Part shown: positions 50,008 through 63,800 of the stretch, in pieces | How positions within the stretch are numbered: position 1 is the first letter of the stretch | Layout of the letters: every line of letters begins with the position of its first letter | From: Sphaerodactylus townsendi | Taxonomy: Eukaryota | DNA length: 64,000 nucleotides | Direction: 5' to 3' | Assembly (NCBI RefSeq): GCF_021028975.2 | Contig: NC_059430.1 | Span: forward strand, 109,058,001-109,122,000 | Translations under genes and position numbers: made by a program | Notes under the pieces: model-generated | Told to the model about the DNA's origin: nothing | The model's input: the letters and a program-made list of their open reading frames with translations, nothing else | Databases searched by the model: none

Positions 50008-52635
50008 TTATAAACCAGATGACTCAGCTGTCAAACCATGCTTCTTTACCAGGACTTCAACAGTCTGGGTAAGTGCACTATGAAAAAATAGCAAGAGAGA
50101 GAGAAAGGAGTGAGAATAGAATAACCTGTTTCATGTCAGTATTCTTTCTTACTTTAAATATTTATTAGTGCCTCAAAATCTTTCCGACACCAGAAATGCA
50201 CACAAAGGACAAAAATAATCAAATTACAAAATACTTATTCTACAGAGACTTCCAGTTTCTTTTGTACCCAATATTAACTCTAAAAGCAATTTTAGAACTC
50301 ATTAAACCACCTAAATAAAATTAGATCTCTAGTCCCGTTACTGATAAAAGTCTCACTTTTATCTATTTTTTTACAATCCTTAACCTTCAAAACCACTAAC
50401 CATCAATTTATTTTTTCAGTTTTATCTAAATATTCTACCAATAGGGTTTCCAACTGTCAAAAAACTTAGTCCTGTGCTTTGAGTAACAAAGCTATCTCTG
50501 CCAACTCTAATACCTTCACCCATAATTCTTCAACTGTGGGAATAACTGGAATTTTCCATTTCTGTGTACATAATATATTCTTGCTGCTGCTGTCATATAT
50601 AAAAATAAAGTTCCATATTTTCTTTCCAGAGATCTATCCATAAGTGCCTTAAACCTTAGGTTTCATTTGTATATTTGGCTTTAAAATATTTTGAATTATG
50701 CTATGTATTGAGCTCCAAAATTCCTTAGCTTTTCCACAAGTCCACCATAAGTGACGAGAAGTTCCTTTTTGGTGTTTGCATGTCCAGCAATTATTTGAAA
50801 ATTTTTATACATCCTTGCCAGTTTGTCCAGTGCCATATGCCAATGTTACATCATTGTATAAATGACATAAGAGAGAGGAGTGAGTGAGAAGTGAATAATC
50901 TCAATTTTCAGTATTAGTTCTTAATGTAGACAGCACCAATATTGTGCTAAATTCTGATCTCTGGAAATCTGAACCCAGGTCTCCCAAGTCTAAGCCGATG
51001 AGCAGGTTAGAAAGGAGGATGCCACATGTGCCTCAGTTGAGCGAGCAAGCAAGAGCAAACACAGTGGTTTGTGAGCAGTCATTTCAGAGTGCTCACTTGG
51101 GCTCCCAATATTGCAGAAGGTTGCATAATCCCACCCGCTTTGATTGCAGTGCAAGGAGCCAGAAAGCAGTCTGAAAAGCCTCTAAAAAGCAAAACAGGAG
51201 AAAAAGTTGATACCAAAGAAGCAGCAAAGATCGATCAATCAATAAAGCACTGGGGAAAAGGACTGCATTTTTTTCCTTCAAAAGGCAAGTTCTGAGCATA
51301 CACTTTGGGAGGCCTTACCAGCCTGGACGAATAACCTTGAACTTGCCAGGGACAGAGAGGTCGACCACTGTGGAGCCCAGACGGCACTCTGGTCTCTGCA
51401 AGTCCCCAATCGGGCCTCCATCCACCACCAGTGCTAGATGAGGCCAAAGCTCTTTGAATTCCTGGAAGGAAGAGGGACAGAAGCATCTACACATTAAATG
51501 TACAGGTTGAGAATAAAGAAATGGCTAAGGGAACAGAAATATTAACTTTGAAAAGTACCCATCCAAAGGTACCAAATGACAGAAATAGTTTTATTGCAGT
51601 GAAATGGCTTTACTGTAAGTCTTAAAGGGAATGCTTGCCCCTCTCAGTGGCTCAACATGGGATGGAAGAGAGACCCATCCTGCACCTAGTGACACAACCT
51701 TTTTAGAAATTTTGAAGCCATGAGAAAAAGGCAAGATTCTCCCTATGGAAATGTACAGAAAAACTGAAATACATGCAATACTGACTTTACCAAACCTACC
51801 TTTACAATACTGCTTTAACGTAACACACATCACTTATTTCCAGCTCAACAAATATAACTGTGTTCCCAATTACTTGAGAGTAAATATGTTTTCCATAACT
51901 AAAATTATCACCAGTAAAGAGAGTGTCTGCACTGCATACAGATTCTAGTTTCTGCAGTCTAAGTGGTATGAAAAAATAGAAGCTGAAACCAGAAAAACCC
52001 AATTACTTAGAAAATGAAAAAGCTTAATATACAGAATTCTAGCCAAACTTAGGCCCCTTCCGCACACATAAAATGATGCGTTTTCAAACCTCTTTCACAA
52101 CTGTTTGCAAGTGGATTTTGCTATTCCGCACAGCTTCAAAGAGCACTGAAAGCAGTTTGAAAGTGCATTATTCTGCATGTGCGGAATGAGCCTCAGTCAC
52201 AGATAAACAATAAGTTTTGTAAATATGTTGTGTGTCTACAACACTTGGGAATTAATATTCTAGGATGTACATTTTGATACATATCTTTACCCTACACTTT
52301 ATGAGAAAATGCTTGCTTGTTCCAAAAGAAAAAAAGTGTTGGAGTGGTTTTTTGGGGGGTTAACTTCTGGAAACTCCCCCTCACTCTTCTCCGGGTCTTC
52401 TCTTTTCTCTTCACACTCTCAGTTCCTCCCTAGGACTTCAGAAGGCCCTTACCGTGACTGTCAGGCTGCTTTTCTGGGAGCTGATGTTTGCACTTGTTAA
52501 AGCCAAGGGGGTGGCACATACTCTGGCCAGCTCCTTGATGAACCAGTGATCAGGGACACGAACACCAACTAGCTGTGAGGGAAAAGGAAGGGGCAGTCAC
52601 AGTCAAGTCTACCAAAAGCATCTGCACATGATAAT

Positions 52636-52667
<32 letters not shown>

Positions 52668-53542
52668 GTCATTATCCCACCCTGCCAGGCAGTATAATTT
52701 GCTATTTCACCTACTAATCCCACATCAATTATTATTTGTCTCAGCCAGATCTGAAGGAGGACTCCTTCCAAAAGCAAACTCAGACTCACAGATGTGAAGG
52801 GGTTGAGGTCTGGGTTGAGAGCTTGGGAACGCTCTAGAACCAGCGTAACGGGCCCTGGCAGAAGATCATGAAGGAGCTGGTCAGGTACAGCCAGCTTACA
52901 GTACCTGCCAGGGAGGAAGAAAGAAGGGCTCAGAGAAAAAGGAATGCATTTAGGAACAGCAGCCTCCCAGAATTGCAACAGCCTCCAGCCTGGGGTCAGT
53001 TTATTTCCGGAGGCAAAGGCAGTTTTAGAAGTCGCACTCCAGGGAAGGTATCTCTGCTGAGGTCTTTCCCCAGGAGTTGGCAACCCCATCCGCGGGCCGC
53101 GCGTCCCCACCTGTGCACCTGGTCCACGTCGGCTAGGCAGATAGCCAGCGGCTTCGCGCCGTCGCGCCCCTTCAGCTGGTAGACTGCCCGCAGGGCGCGC
53201 GAGTCCTCCGCCAGGCAGGCGATGCCGTAGAGGGTGTCGGTGGGCACGGCCACCAGGCCCCCCTCGCGCAGAGCGGCGACGGCCGAAGACAAGGCGCGCT
53301 CTCGGCCTGGCGGGGACACAACAGGAGAGGGAGCCAGACAGCGCCGGTCGGACCCCGGACCCACCCGCCCGGGAGGAAGAGGGGAGCCCGCCTGCATGGC
53401 CCTCTCACTAACCTTGCGCGCTCGGCCCGACCAGCGGAAGGAGGGGAATGGCGGCTGCTGCAGAGCCGCTCCAGGCGGCCCCTTCACCGCTCACCGCACC
53501 TGCCAGCGCCCACACCGCCCGGCGCCTTACCCTGCCCAGCAT
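50008..53542 (-). CDS. YRDC: Threonylcarbamoyl-AMP synthase (YrdC/Sua5 family), about 257 aa, 6 exons
   Basis: Exons 53413-53542 (MLGRVRRRAVWALAG.., presequence-like), 53111-53306 (VAVPTDTLYGIACLA..LKGRDGAKPLAIC), 52790-52904 (DLLPGPVTLVLERS..LNPDLNPFTS), 52453-52572 (LVGVRVPDH..PLALTSANISSQ), 51319-51461 (LVVDGGPIGD..CRLGSTVVDLSVPGKFKVIRPG) and 50008-50077 (CALTQTVEVLVKKHGL..*). All GT-AG and in frame. Confidence 0.95.
50150..50860 (-). mobile_element. L1-clade LINE 3' fragment in YRDC last intron
   Basis: Degenerate CCHC-domain-like CW.C..KGTSRHLWWTCGKAKEFW; A-rich tail on the - strand. Confidence 0.6.
52052..52192. mobile_element. PIF/Harbinger-like MITE
   Basis: Imperfect long TIRs GGCCCCTTCCGCACA..ATGCGTTTTCAAAC / GTTTGAAAGTGCATT..TGTGCGGAATGAGCC; TWA-like flanks. 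Confidence 0.6.
52637..52663. repeat. (TG)n microsatellite
   Basis: About 13 TG units in YRDC intron 3. Confidence 0.9.
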
Positions 53543-53740
53543 GCGGAAGCCGCTTCCGGCGCAAACAACAGATACGCTTCCGGTAGAACCAACAATAGAC
53601 GCTAGCCTAGAGTGGTTCCTTGGCATGTTCCAAACCAGCGTAAAATGATTCCCCTCCCCCCCCCCGCCTTGGACGTCGGCCTAGACTCGGTCGATTCACC
53701 AAAACCCGCTTAGCTAGAAATAATTTCCCAACGCCGCCAG
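53543..53740 (-). promoter_or_regulatory. Compact YRDC promoter
   Basis: Two CCGGAAGCG ETS motifs (about 53551-53559 and 53576-53583) in a CpG island immediately downstream of the inferred MTF1 3' end. Confidence 0.55.
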
Positions 53741-56700
53741 GTTTAAATAAGCGTTTAATTAAGATTCCATTCGTATTAATATTGCTTTCAATTAAAAAAA
53801 TTAATTTTCACTTCCTTGCAGGTATTTCAAAGTACAGTATTAATGTTTCATACAAAATCGAGTAGTTGTTAAGCAAACACTGTTATTTCACATTGTACAT
53901 TCTTCAAAAATACAAATTCATGTTTACACCTCTGGGGGATTTGGGAGAGACTCTTCCTTTGGAAGTACTGTACCTGTAACTAACATCTTCACATCACTCA
54001 ATGCAAGGACATTTGTTCCCATGTTCAGAGTTAAATTAAGTTTGTTTAAACACAATACACACAACTCCTGAGAGAAGCTGACCTCAAACCATCTCCGGTT
54101 CTCAAGAGTGTCTGGAGATGCAGGCAGCAGGAGACTAAATTCTGGGCCTCTTTGTCAGGGAGGAAGCCAGAGATGTGCTCAGTTTGCAGGCCACCCACTT
54201 AAATCCAGGCTGTAATGGTACGACCAAAGTCCCTTTGCAAGTGAGTTATCTGATGAACTTTGGAAGTCCCCATTTTCCCCACTCTAGTGTGACAGCAACA
54301 AATGATTTTCTTCCCCAACTTTGCCCTCCATCTCACACTTCCATGAGGTGGGCATAACAACCAGTCATATCCCTGCTCAACAGAAACAGACAAATCCATG
54401 ACTGTTTTCCAAAGACAAAGCAGCCTCTTTCTCTTCTGGTGCGCCCCTAGCTATGCAAAAGGGGGAAAAAAATCAAAATCCTCTCTAAGGCACCACATCA
54501 GGCCTTAGCACCACTCTCCAAATTTTCTAGTTGGTGCTGGAGAGAACGGCAGTTCCTCTTTCACTGCATAAAGAGTTTCAGTATCTCAGCAGATGGGAAG
54601 AGACAACAGGGCAGAGCAAAGAAAGCAGCCATTTCAGTTAATAGACAGCCCCTTTCCTGGGGAAGACTGAAGGAGGGGAGCAGATAGCAAAACGGGGTGG
54701 GGGGGGGGGGGAAGAGTGGTAAATAGAAACTTGAAAGTGTCTCCTGCACAGAAACCTTTCCTTCTTTCTATTTTGGCCAGTGTGCATACCACTAAAATAG
54801 TTTTCACAAATGAGCACATGTTGACCCACATGCCCCACGTAACTATCCAGTTTCCTTGGCATTTCGCAGTGTGGAACCAACCCTAGAAAGAAAGCAGGAT
54901 GAGATGCAAAAGTTTAAAGGTTAGCCCTGTCCCCAACAAGAGAGGATACTTGTGAAAAATCTGGAAAGACCACTTGCAAAACTGGTTACAAAAAATACCC
55001 CCGCTGAACACCTGTGACCCAGAGAAAGGAGTATCTATTTCCTAGCCCAATTAACCCCAGTCACCAAGAGGGTCTTGTGGAGGGTTGCAAAGAGGAAGCC
55101 GTCAGTGAAGCGGCCGATATCTCCTCTACATCTGTCAAACCGAACTTCTTTCGTTGGGTTTCTTTCAGTCCTTTATGGATCATGTTTGTGAGAAAGCTTC
55201 AGAAGGGACTGCAAGCTCCTTGAAGGATTTTGCCACTTTGGATGGCGAATACCTCGCAGTGAAGTAATGCCGAAATAGGACACCCAGAAGAGCTAAAGGT
55301 GATACAAACCCAATGAAAGACAGACTTCTCCCTCTCCCGTGGTCCCTTCCTTTCTGGGAGGCCTTTAAAAGAGGAAGGCAGATGCATCAAGCCAGATTCT
55401 GTCATCTCAGCAGTGGCCAGAATCACCTCGGAAAACATGAGTGATCCCGATTGTGTACAGTCTGATTCTGCACCACCTTTTTTTTTTTTGCATAGACTGG
55501 TCATTTTTTAAAGAATGCATAAATTAGAAGGGGGTGAAGCACACGTCACTGAGCTGGTTCCTACACCAATTCCATACAGACACATACACCCCCAGACTGC
55601 ATGTAGATGCTGCTTCTAGATACACGTATTGCACTGAGGTTAAGTGCTCTTCTTTTTGCACAACCACATTAATTTTTAGTCAGACCAAAAAAAAAAAGAG
55701 GGGAAAAACTTTCTGAAAAACACTTATAAATGAAAATTGCAGCAGTCTTAAAGAGAACTAAAGTGCATTATATAGCCCAGCATGTTTGTGTAAATGGAGC
55801 AGCCCTAGCAAAGTAACTTTTCTTCTCTAGATTCCCATTAGCAGCCTTTAGCAAATGCAGCAGATTCCAGACATTCCCTTCCGTCCCCGAGCATGATGTT
55901 CTTCCTGCCCGGGATCCTTAGCACAACCAAATCACCCTGCCCAGCAGAGAAGCAAGATTAGTCGGGCCCTAAATGTAGGAGCAGCATCCATGCTCATTAG
56001 CACCTCCTCAACAGCCATTCCAAACAGACAAACCTACCAAAGGTGGTGTCCTGGTGCAAATCCCAATCCTTTGGAAGTCCAGAATGGGGGCCTCTCCATC
56101 TCCAACCAAGGAACTCCCCCACCCCAGCTATACTCCCATTCATGGGAAGGAGATGGCCATTGTCAAAAGGTTACGGTTTGAGTTCAATTTAATAATAAGC
56201 TCAAAGGAGTCGAAAAGAGAGAATATCCAAAAAAGGAATTCCCCTGACAGCTGCTCTGCTCCCCAGAGCCTGTGTGTGAATGTCTGCTGCTCCAAGCCTC
56301 TGACTAATTGCTGAAGTGGCCTGCTTTAGTGGTATGTGCTGCGTGTCGTACCACGGGGGCAACTGAAAGGTGAACCAAATCCTGCTGCAGTCAGAGGACC
56401 AGACAGGCCCCTCGAAAAACCAACAGCAGATTGCAAGAAGGCCAGACAAGACACCTCCTCCTGTGCACTGTGCTGCTTGGGACTCCAAGCCAACCACTGC
56501 AGCCCAACAATCTCCAGGCCCAAGACTGTCCTCTCTGCTCTCTACCATGCTCGAACTGAGACTGTTAGGCAGCACCTCCAGACAGCCCTGCACAATTCAG
56601 GCTATCCCTCTTTACGGAGCAAGAATCCACTGTTCCCATGTAGACAACCTTTCCCCCTTCCCAAGGATGGCCCAGACCTACCAAAATGCTTCAGCCCCTT

Positions 56701-57889
56701 ATTAGCTGGCTCTAATGCTTTCTGAACACCCCTCCCTGGGGTGCTAGGCTGGGAGTTACTGGCCTCATCGTTCCTACACCAGGGGAAATTCCAGAGAAGG
56801 AAGTCCCAAGTCTGCCCCCAGCAGCCCATTTCATTTATTCCCTGGTATGTAAGAAGTTTCCTGATAGCTCCCTGCCATGAGACAAACTATTCTGCATACA
56901 AAATACAGAAAGGACAGGTCAGAAATTCAGACATGTGGGCAGAACCCTCAAAGCAGTACGGTTAGAAAAGAGGATGCTTCCCAAAACACTACAGGCATTA
57001 GTGTGAAGGGAGTCTGTGTTACACTTTTACCCTGAGTAAGTTAGAAGGAGGCTGTAATTTGCGCAGCAGCAGGCAGAGGGCAGAATTGGGCAGGAATGGA
57101 ACTGCTTGACAGCCAAGAGGAAGAATCTGGGAAGCAAACCATGAGTACTCCTTGCAAGGGAAGGAGCTGTTCTGGAGAGACTTTTGCTAAGCTCCTATTG
57201 CTGTGTCTGCTACATCGCAAAGCGGCAGTGCTGGGCAAGTGGTTCTGGTAAAGCTGAAACAGTGCAAATGAGCCACCGACATCTCTGTAAACACCCAGGC
57301 CGCTGCTCCTGAGAGTGGTATTCAGCTACCAAGTAGGACAGAAAGAGAGAGAGAAAGTCTGACAACTTGGCTGCCTCTACAGAGCAAGAGCATTTTACTC
57401 CAGTGCAAACTCTGAGATGTGCCTCGCTTAGACTTCCAGAGCTTCCAAGCAGCGGGGAAACCCTCCCTTGGGGAAGGCGCGCAAACTCTCTTCCTCCCTG
57501 GCCCTGAAGTTGGTGGCACCATCTTGAAAAGTGCAGTTGCCTCTCCAATGGGAGCCCGGCTCACCGTCCCTCTCCCCACCTCATAATAGTGCACACTCTA
57601 GTGCAGACTGTAACAAGGACTTCAACATGCTGCCCACACCATTTCCTAACCTCCACCAAGCTATGTGCAAGCAGGCAGCAGCTGGCCCCTACAGCCCCCT
57701 CCACGTGACTCTGATTCCCCCATTCATTCACAAGAAGTTGAAAGGGGAGAGACGAAAGAGAGCGGCCCAGTAGTTCAGGCGCATCTTTGCCTTTCCTCTC
57801 CGGACAAGCCGCTTCTCCTAAGGACAGGATTCCAGGGCCAGGGAGCACAGCAGGCTCTTGTTGAACCTTCCCTCGGGAGCAGGAGGGCA

Positions 57890-60800
57890 TCACTTGGGGA
57901 AGCTGCTGCCAAGCTCTTCATCCCTCTGCAGCAGGGCTTCAATGGGGCTGAGTGGAGAGGGGGCCTCGCGGTTCTGTAGGGAAAGGAAGTCGGAAACGTC
58001 CATGGCACTTAGGGATTGGGTCTGCGTATCTGACGGTTTCCCCGCCAGAGCGCTCTGCTCGCAGGAAGGAGGCAACGTGGAAGAGAGGGCAGCAGTGGAG
58101 GAGGCCGCAGCAATGGCAACAGGGAAGGACTGAGGTTGAAGCCCTGGTGGAGGAGGTTCCCCTGGGGGTTTGGAGTCAGATGTGGAACAGCTCTTCCCGC
58201 TGCTGGCTTTTTCTTTGACCAAGTCCCGGCAGGCACACTGGCACTGACAGGCTTCCTCTTGCTTGATGATGATCACGGGTAAGCTTAGGCCAATTTGCTG
58301 CACGGAGCTCCCTGAAGATAAAACACAGACATGTCAATCCAGGTTGTTTCTAGTCCTCAGAGTCATGGATGCAAAGATGTGGCTGCAGCGTTTTGGATAG
58401 TAAAAGGTAAAGTTTCCCCTTCAGTCGGATCCAACCCTGGGTTACCACTGCAAGCAGATTTTATAGGCAAGCCATTTTTGTGGGGTAGTTTGCCATTGCT
58501 TTCCCTGGCTATTCTTTACCCCTTAGCTATGAGCTAGGTACTCATTTACCGACCAAGGAATGGCTGGCTGGCTGAGTTGACCATGAGCCAGCTGCCAGGA
58601 TATCTGACCCACAGGGGGCTCGAACTCCTGACCGTGTGAGTGGCAGTGCAAACCTTTAACCACTATGCCACGCAGCTCTTGTTTTGGACAGACTCAGTAG
58701 CAAAGAAGCTTCTAGCAGCATGGCAAGGGTGGGCAACTTCCAACAACTGTTGCTGCTACCCACCTGTACAAACAGGACATGTACCACCCCCCCCCCCTCA
58801 GTATGCCTGATGGCACAGAGAGAGCCAGGATTCTGCTGGAGCAGAACACAGCCCTGGGAGTGTATGACTGATCAGGAAGCAGCAAGAGGCAGATAGCCAA
58901 GTACTACAGCACGGGTGCAGTGATTTGAATGTCAGACCAGAATCCAGATGACCCAAATTGGAATCCCCATGCTGCCTGCTGGGTGGACTTTGGGCCAGCC
59001 ACATACACATGCAGCCTGATACCTCACAGGGTGATTGTGATGACGGAATGGAAGACAGAAAAACAGCAGAAGATCTTTCGGTCCCCACTGGAAACAAAAG
59101 TGTGGCATAAATGAAGCATACAGATTACACTGGACCCAGGGCATTAATGCTCGAAAACAAACTAAGACAGCTGCAAAGAGATGCTTTCTTTCAACTTCAT
59201 TCGGCCCTCTACCTTGACTTGGCAGATCTGCCCACCTGCATCCATGCCACATTGGTACTAGACTATTGTAATGCACTCTACCTGTGTCTGCCCTTGAAAT
59301 CAACTCAGAGACTGCAGTTGGTACAGAATGCTCACAATCGACCATTATGAGGAGCTAGGTGGAGTATGCCCATTACTCCCATTCAGAACTCACTTCACCG
59401 GCTGCCCATCAGTTACTGCGTTCAATTTTAGATACTGCCTGTCACGTGGAAAGCCCCTCATAGCCTTGGACCCTCACATCTTCATGACCACTTCTCCTTT
59501 ATGCCACTACAACAGCTTCAATCATCTAATTAGGGCCTTCAACAAGTGCAACCAGGCAACTGGACAAGTTCAGCAACCGCCTGGGCATGTGCAGTCTCTG
59601 TTGTGGCCTTGTGCAATGGCCTGTCTGAGGAGGCACCCACTCTTCTGGCGTTCTGCAAACTACACAAAACAATTATTCAGGAGGACATTTTAATACAGAA
59701 AATAAGGCAAATAAGGTGATGGATTGCACCTGATCTCACTGAAAAAGGAGATTCCTGACGTGGTGATTAGCGGGACACCAGAAGAAAAACAATGGGATGC
59801 AATCCTCCCAAACAAGTCCTTTCCTTCCTCATGCCAGCCTCAGTGTGAGAACAGGCTGATTTGATGAGACCATCCCCTTTGGCGGAGGTGAAAAGTGCTA
59901 TCAAGTCACAGTTGACTCATGGTGATCCTATAGCAGTGGTGGCGAACCTTTGGCACTCCAGATGTTATGGACTACAATTCCCATCAGCCCCTGCCAGCAT
60001 GGCCACTTGGGCATGCTGGCAGGGGCTGATGGGAATTGTAGTCCATAACATCTGGAGTGCCAAAGGTTCGCCACCACGGTCCTATAGGGTCGTGGTGGTG
60101 AACCTATGGCACTCCAGATGTTCATGGACTACAATTCCCATCAGCCCCTGATGGGAATTGTAGTCCATGAACATCTGGAGTGCCATGTAGTCCATGAACT
60201 GATGGGAATTGTAGTCCATGAACATCTGGAGTGCCATAGGTTCACCACCACTGCTATAGGGTTTTCCAGGCAACATTCAGCGGTGACTTGCCATGTCTCT
60301 GGCTTGCCATGTCTCTGGATTTCCTTGCTGGTTTTCCAACCAGGTACTAGCCAAGGGGACCCTGCTTAGCTTCCAAGATCTGCTGAGATCAGGCTAGCCT
60401 GGGCCATCCAGGTCAGGGCGCATCCCCTTTTGCATGCTTTTTTTCAGTGTCAGGAAGCATGAATAAAGCACAGGACTCAAGCATCTTAATGCTACTTACC
60501 TGCATTACCAGCAACAGGCAAGGTAGTAGTAAAGAAGACATTCTCCACCACCGGGGCCTGCGACTTTTAAAGAAGAGAAAAGATACATTTCAGTGACTGA
60601 GCCATCTGGTCAGCAAGAATGCAGAAAAGACCCCAGGAAGTGGAGTCAGGCATGATCCTCCCACACTGGCCATGAGCCTTGAGGTCCCCAACAGGGAAAT
60701 ACAAGGGTGGACTGTTCCCCCTCCCTCAGCATATTCTCTGCTGGAACACCGAGTTGATATGCACCATTTGCTCCTGATTTTGGGGCATCCTGCTGGCACC

Positions 60801-63800
60801 GTTGAGAAGCCACTGGAGGTTCTGTTCCCCCATGACGATGCTGGACTGCAGAATGGCTGCGCTTTGCGAAGGGGTGATGGTGATGGTTGGACTGCCAGAC
60901 AGCACAGAGCTCCCTCCGAGGGGCACCGTTTGAACTCCACTGGACAGCACCTCTGGAGCACTGGCCATGGCTTGTGCGGGAGCACCCTGGACCACAGGCG
61001 GTCCAGCCCCAAGGGGCTGCAGAGGCGGCTGAACAGGCTGCAGAATGTTCTGAGGATTCGCTGCAAAGAATGTGCTGTTAGAAGCAGGCACTTCTGGGGT
61101 CTGTAAGAGAGCAGCTGGGGTTTCATACGCTTCTCGCAGAGGACTGGCGGGGGCAGGAGGTGGTACGGGGTGGGCGGGCTCAGAAATACCGAGCTGCAGA
61201 ACGAGCGGCAGGGATAACGGTCTGGCCTCTCCCGCAGATGGCTGGCTGGCAGGGGCTGAGTCCGCATCGCCACTGACACCTTCGATCAAGGCGGCTGTCA
61301 AAAGAGAAATAGAATGAGAAAAGCTCTGCGGGATCTGGAGATGCTCTTCACGTACCACCTCCAGCTATTCAGTCTCTAGTGCAGGGGTCTGCAACTTGTG
61401 GCTCTCCAGATGTTCATGGACTACAATTCCCATCAGCCCCTGCTCTAGTGGCTCAGTGGCTTGGGCTTTGTAGCAGCCACAGCGGAAAGGACTCTCTTAA
61501 CTCCAGTTTGTTTCTCCACTGACTTCAGTGGGCATGTTCCGTATGATGTCTGGGCTGAAGTGCTTCAGGAATTTGAGGGAAAGGGGGGAGCAATCAAAAC
61601 ATCACACCAGGAAAGAATTTTTCTTCAGTCTTATGGAGCCCTGGTTTCCTGGAACCAGCCAAGGCAACCAGTCTACTGTACTGAACGTTAAACAGGAGCT
61701 TATTACTTCACTGACTAGTAACAGCATCATGAGGCACACAAGGCAAGATGTGGGGAAAAGGCCACTAAGTCGGGAACTGATCAATGGTCTCCCCTACGCA
61801 TTGCTAGACCTGGAGCCCCTTTAGCCACACATTTTTGCAGAAGCCTGATGGGGATCTCTCTTGCCCAAGCTGCCGTGGGCAGTGTGGCTGCCATTCTTCA
61901 GGAGACACTGCAGCCATCCATGTGGGAAAGGAAGAAGGGATGCAGACTGGGGGCCAGACCTGTTTGCTGAGAGTCTTCCTGAGTGGCAGGAGGTTCTGGG
62001 CTCTGGAATATGGACTCGAAAATGCAGGCTGGTGAGATGGTGTTCAGGTCCTGTCCATGTATCTGGAGAAAGGAGGGAGCACAGTTAGGCAACCAGCAGT
62101 GTACCTGGACCCAATTTCAGTGGCAATGCCAGCCACTTGCTCGGACTCACAGAGCTGGCATCTACTCTCAAATATCCATTTCCTGATGCAATCAGCTCGC
62201 AGAGATGTAAAGGGTTGCTTTCACCTGCATCAGAGAAGTCCATCTCTGAAAGTTTGAAGTCCGTATCCAACAAAACTGGCTGGGGACTCACTCTCCCACC
62301 GTGCTGTCAACAACCGACCACAAGGAATACTTACTGGATTAGAATTATCCCGCAAATCTGAATCTGTGGACATGAGGCTCAAGTCGCTCAGGCAGAGCGA
62401 TTGGTTCGTATCCTGGGGAAAAGGAGAGGGGCCTTCTTTTAATCAGTGGAGCATTTAAAATTATAAGGGTGGTTTGTCTCACCCTTTCCTCGTGTCGCAA
62501 GAAGGATGGAGTAAGGGGGACCCAAGACATTTGCTGGGCCCTTTAAAACAAAAGTACGAAGCACCATTGAATGGGAGGATTGCCAGCAACTGAAGGACAG
62601 CAGTGGAGTACTCAAAGGGCACTTGAAGGCACCTCTAATTGCATTATCAGCTTAAATGGCACTAGAATGAGTGTCCAGGGAGTCAAATAGTATGAATAAT
62701 ACCACTGTGAACACAGATAATGCAAGCCAAGTGAATACAATAAACCCTGAGAAATATTATTCCCACAAGGGAGAAAAGAAGACAGGCCACACCTTAGATG
62801 TCTTTACTAAGAAGCAAGTCTCCTTTCTTTCATGCTGGAAAAAATGCTGTTTGCCTTTGGACTCCTGTTTGAGATTGCTGCCAAGGGTGCTCAAAACTAG
62901 GCATCGGTTTTTAATGGTAGGAAATCTTCCTGACCACCATACTATGTGCAAAAATGCACATCTTTGTTCATATTCCCCACTGTGCAATTTCATCTGCAAA
63001 AAGCTCCTAAGAAGTTGGACTTCTACAAGAGTCTCAGCCTTGGATATCCTAGATCAGGGGTCTCCAACCTGCTACCTTCCAAATGTTCATGGACTACAAC
63101 TCCCATCAGCTCTGCCGATTGGTCATGTTGGCAGGGGATGATGGTAATCATAGTCCATGGATATCTGGAGGGCTGCACGTTGAAGTCCCCTATCCTAGAT
63201 ACTGACAGATAAAGAACAGTGTGTTGCCAAAAGAAACCTGCATTTCCACCTTAAGGATGAAGCCACCCACCTCAGAGATGTTGCTGTTGGAGAGAACAGT
63301 GTAGGAGGGCCCTTTGTCGTGCCCCTTCATGTGACTCTTGAGACTGTATTGTGTGCTGAAGGTCTTCTCGCAACCATTGCTGGGGCAGAAGAAGGGTCTC
63401 TCACCTGCAACAGCACAAATCAGTGAGAATTTGTGCATGGCCAGCTGCTTTTATGTTGCTGCTGGCCCAAGAATTCTTTACTGCTCGGCAGACCTGGGAT
63501 TTCCTAGGGAAGGGGCCTTGGCTCAGTGGTGGAATATTTACTTAGCCTACAGAAAATCCCAGGTTCAATCTTTGGCACCTCCAGTTGAAAGATCTGGCGG
63601 TAGATGGTAAGAAAGACCACTGACTGAGGCCCAGGAGCGCCAATGTTGGTCTGAGTTGACAATATTGACTTTGATGGAGTGAGAGTCTGATTCAGCATCA
63701 AGCATCTTCATGGGTTCATACGATTTCAAATGCTCGAACAGGATTCAGACGCTAATTGGGCAAGAGTGAGCACTGCTAACAGGTTTCAGTGGAAAACCAT

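Noticed and set aside
59928-60276. Repeated ggactacaattcccatcagcccc units resembling a CRISPR array or repeat protein
   Set aside because: They are inverted arms of hAT MITEs with 8-bp TSDs; no unique spacers; vertebrate DNA.
62085-62291. Coding-looking ORF inside an MTF1 intron
   Set aside because: Flanking exons already join in frame with orthologue-like sizes; read-through from the upstream exon hits a stop.
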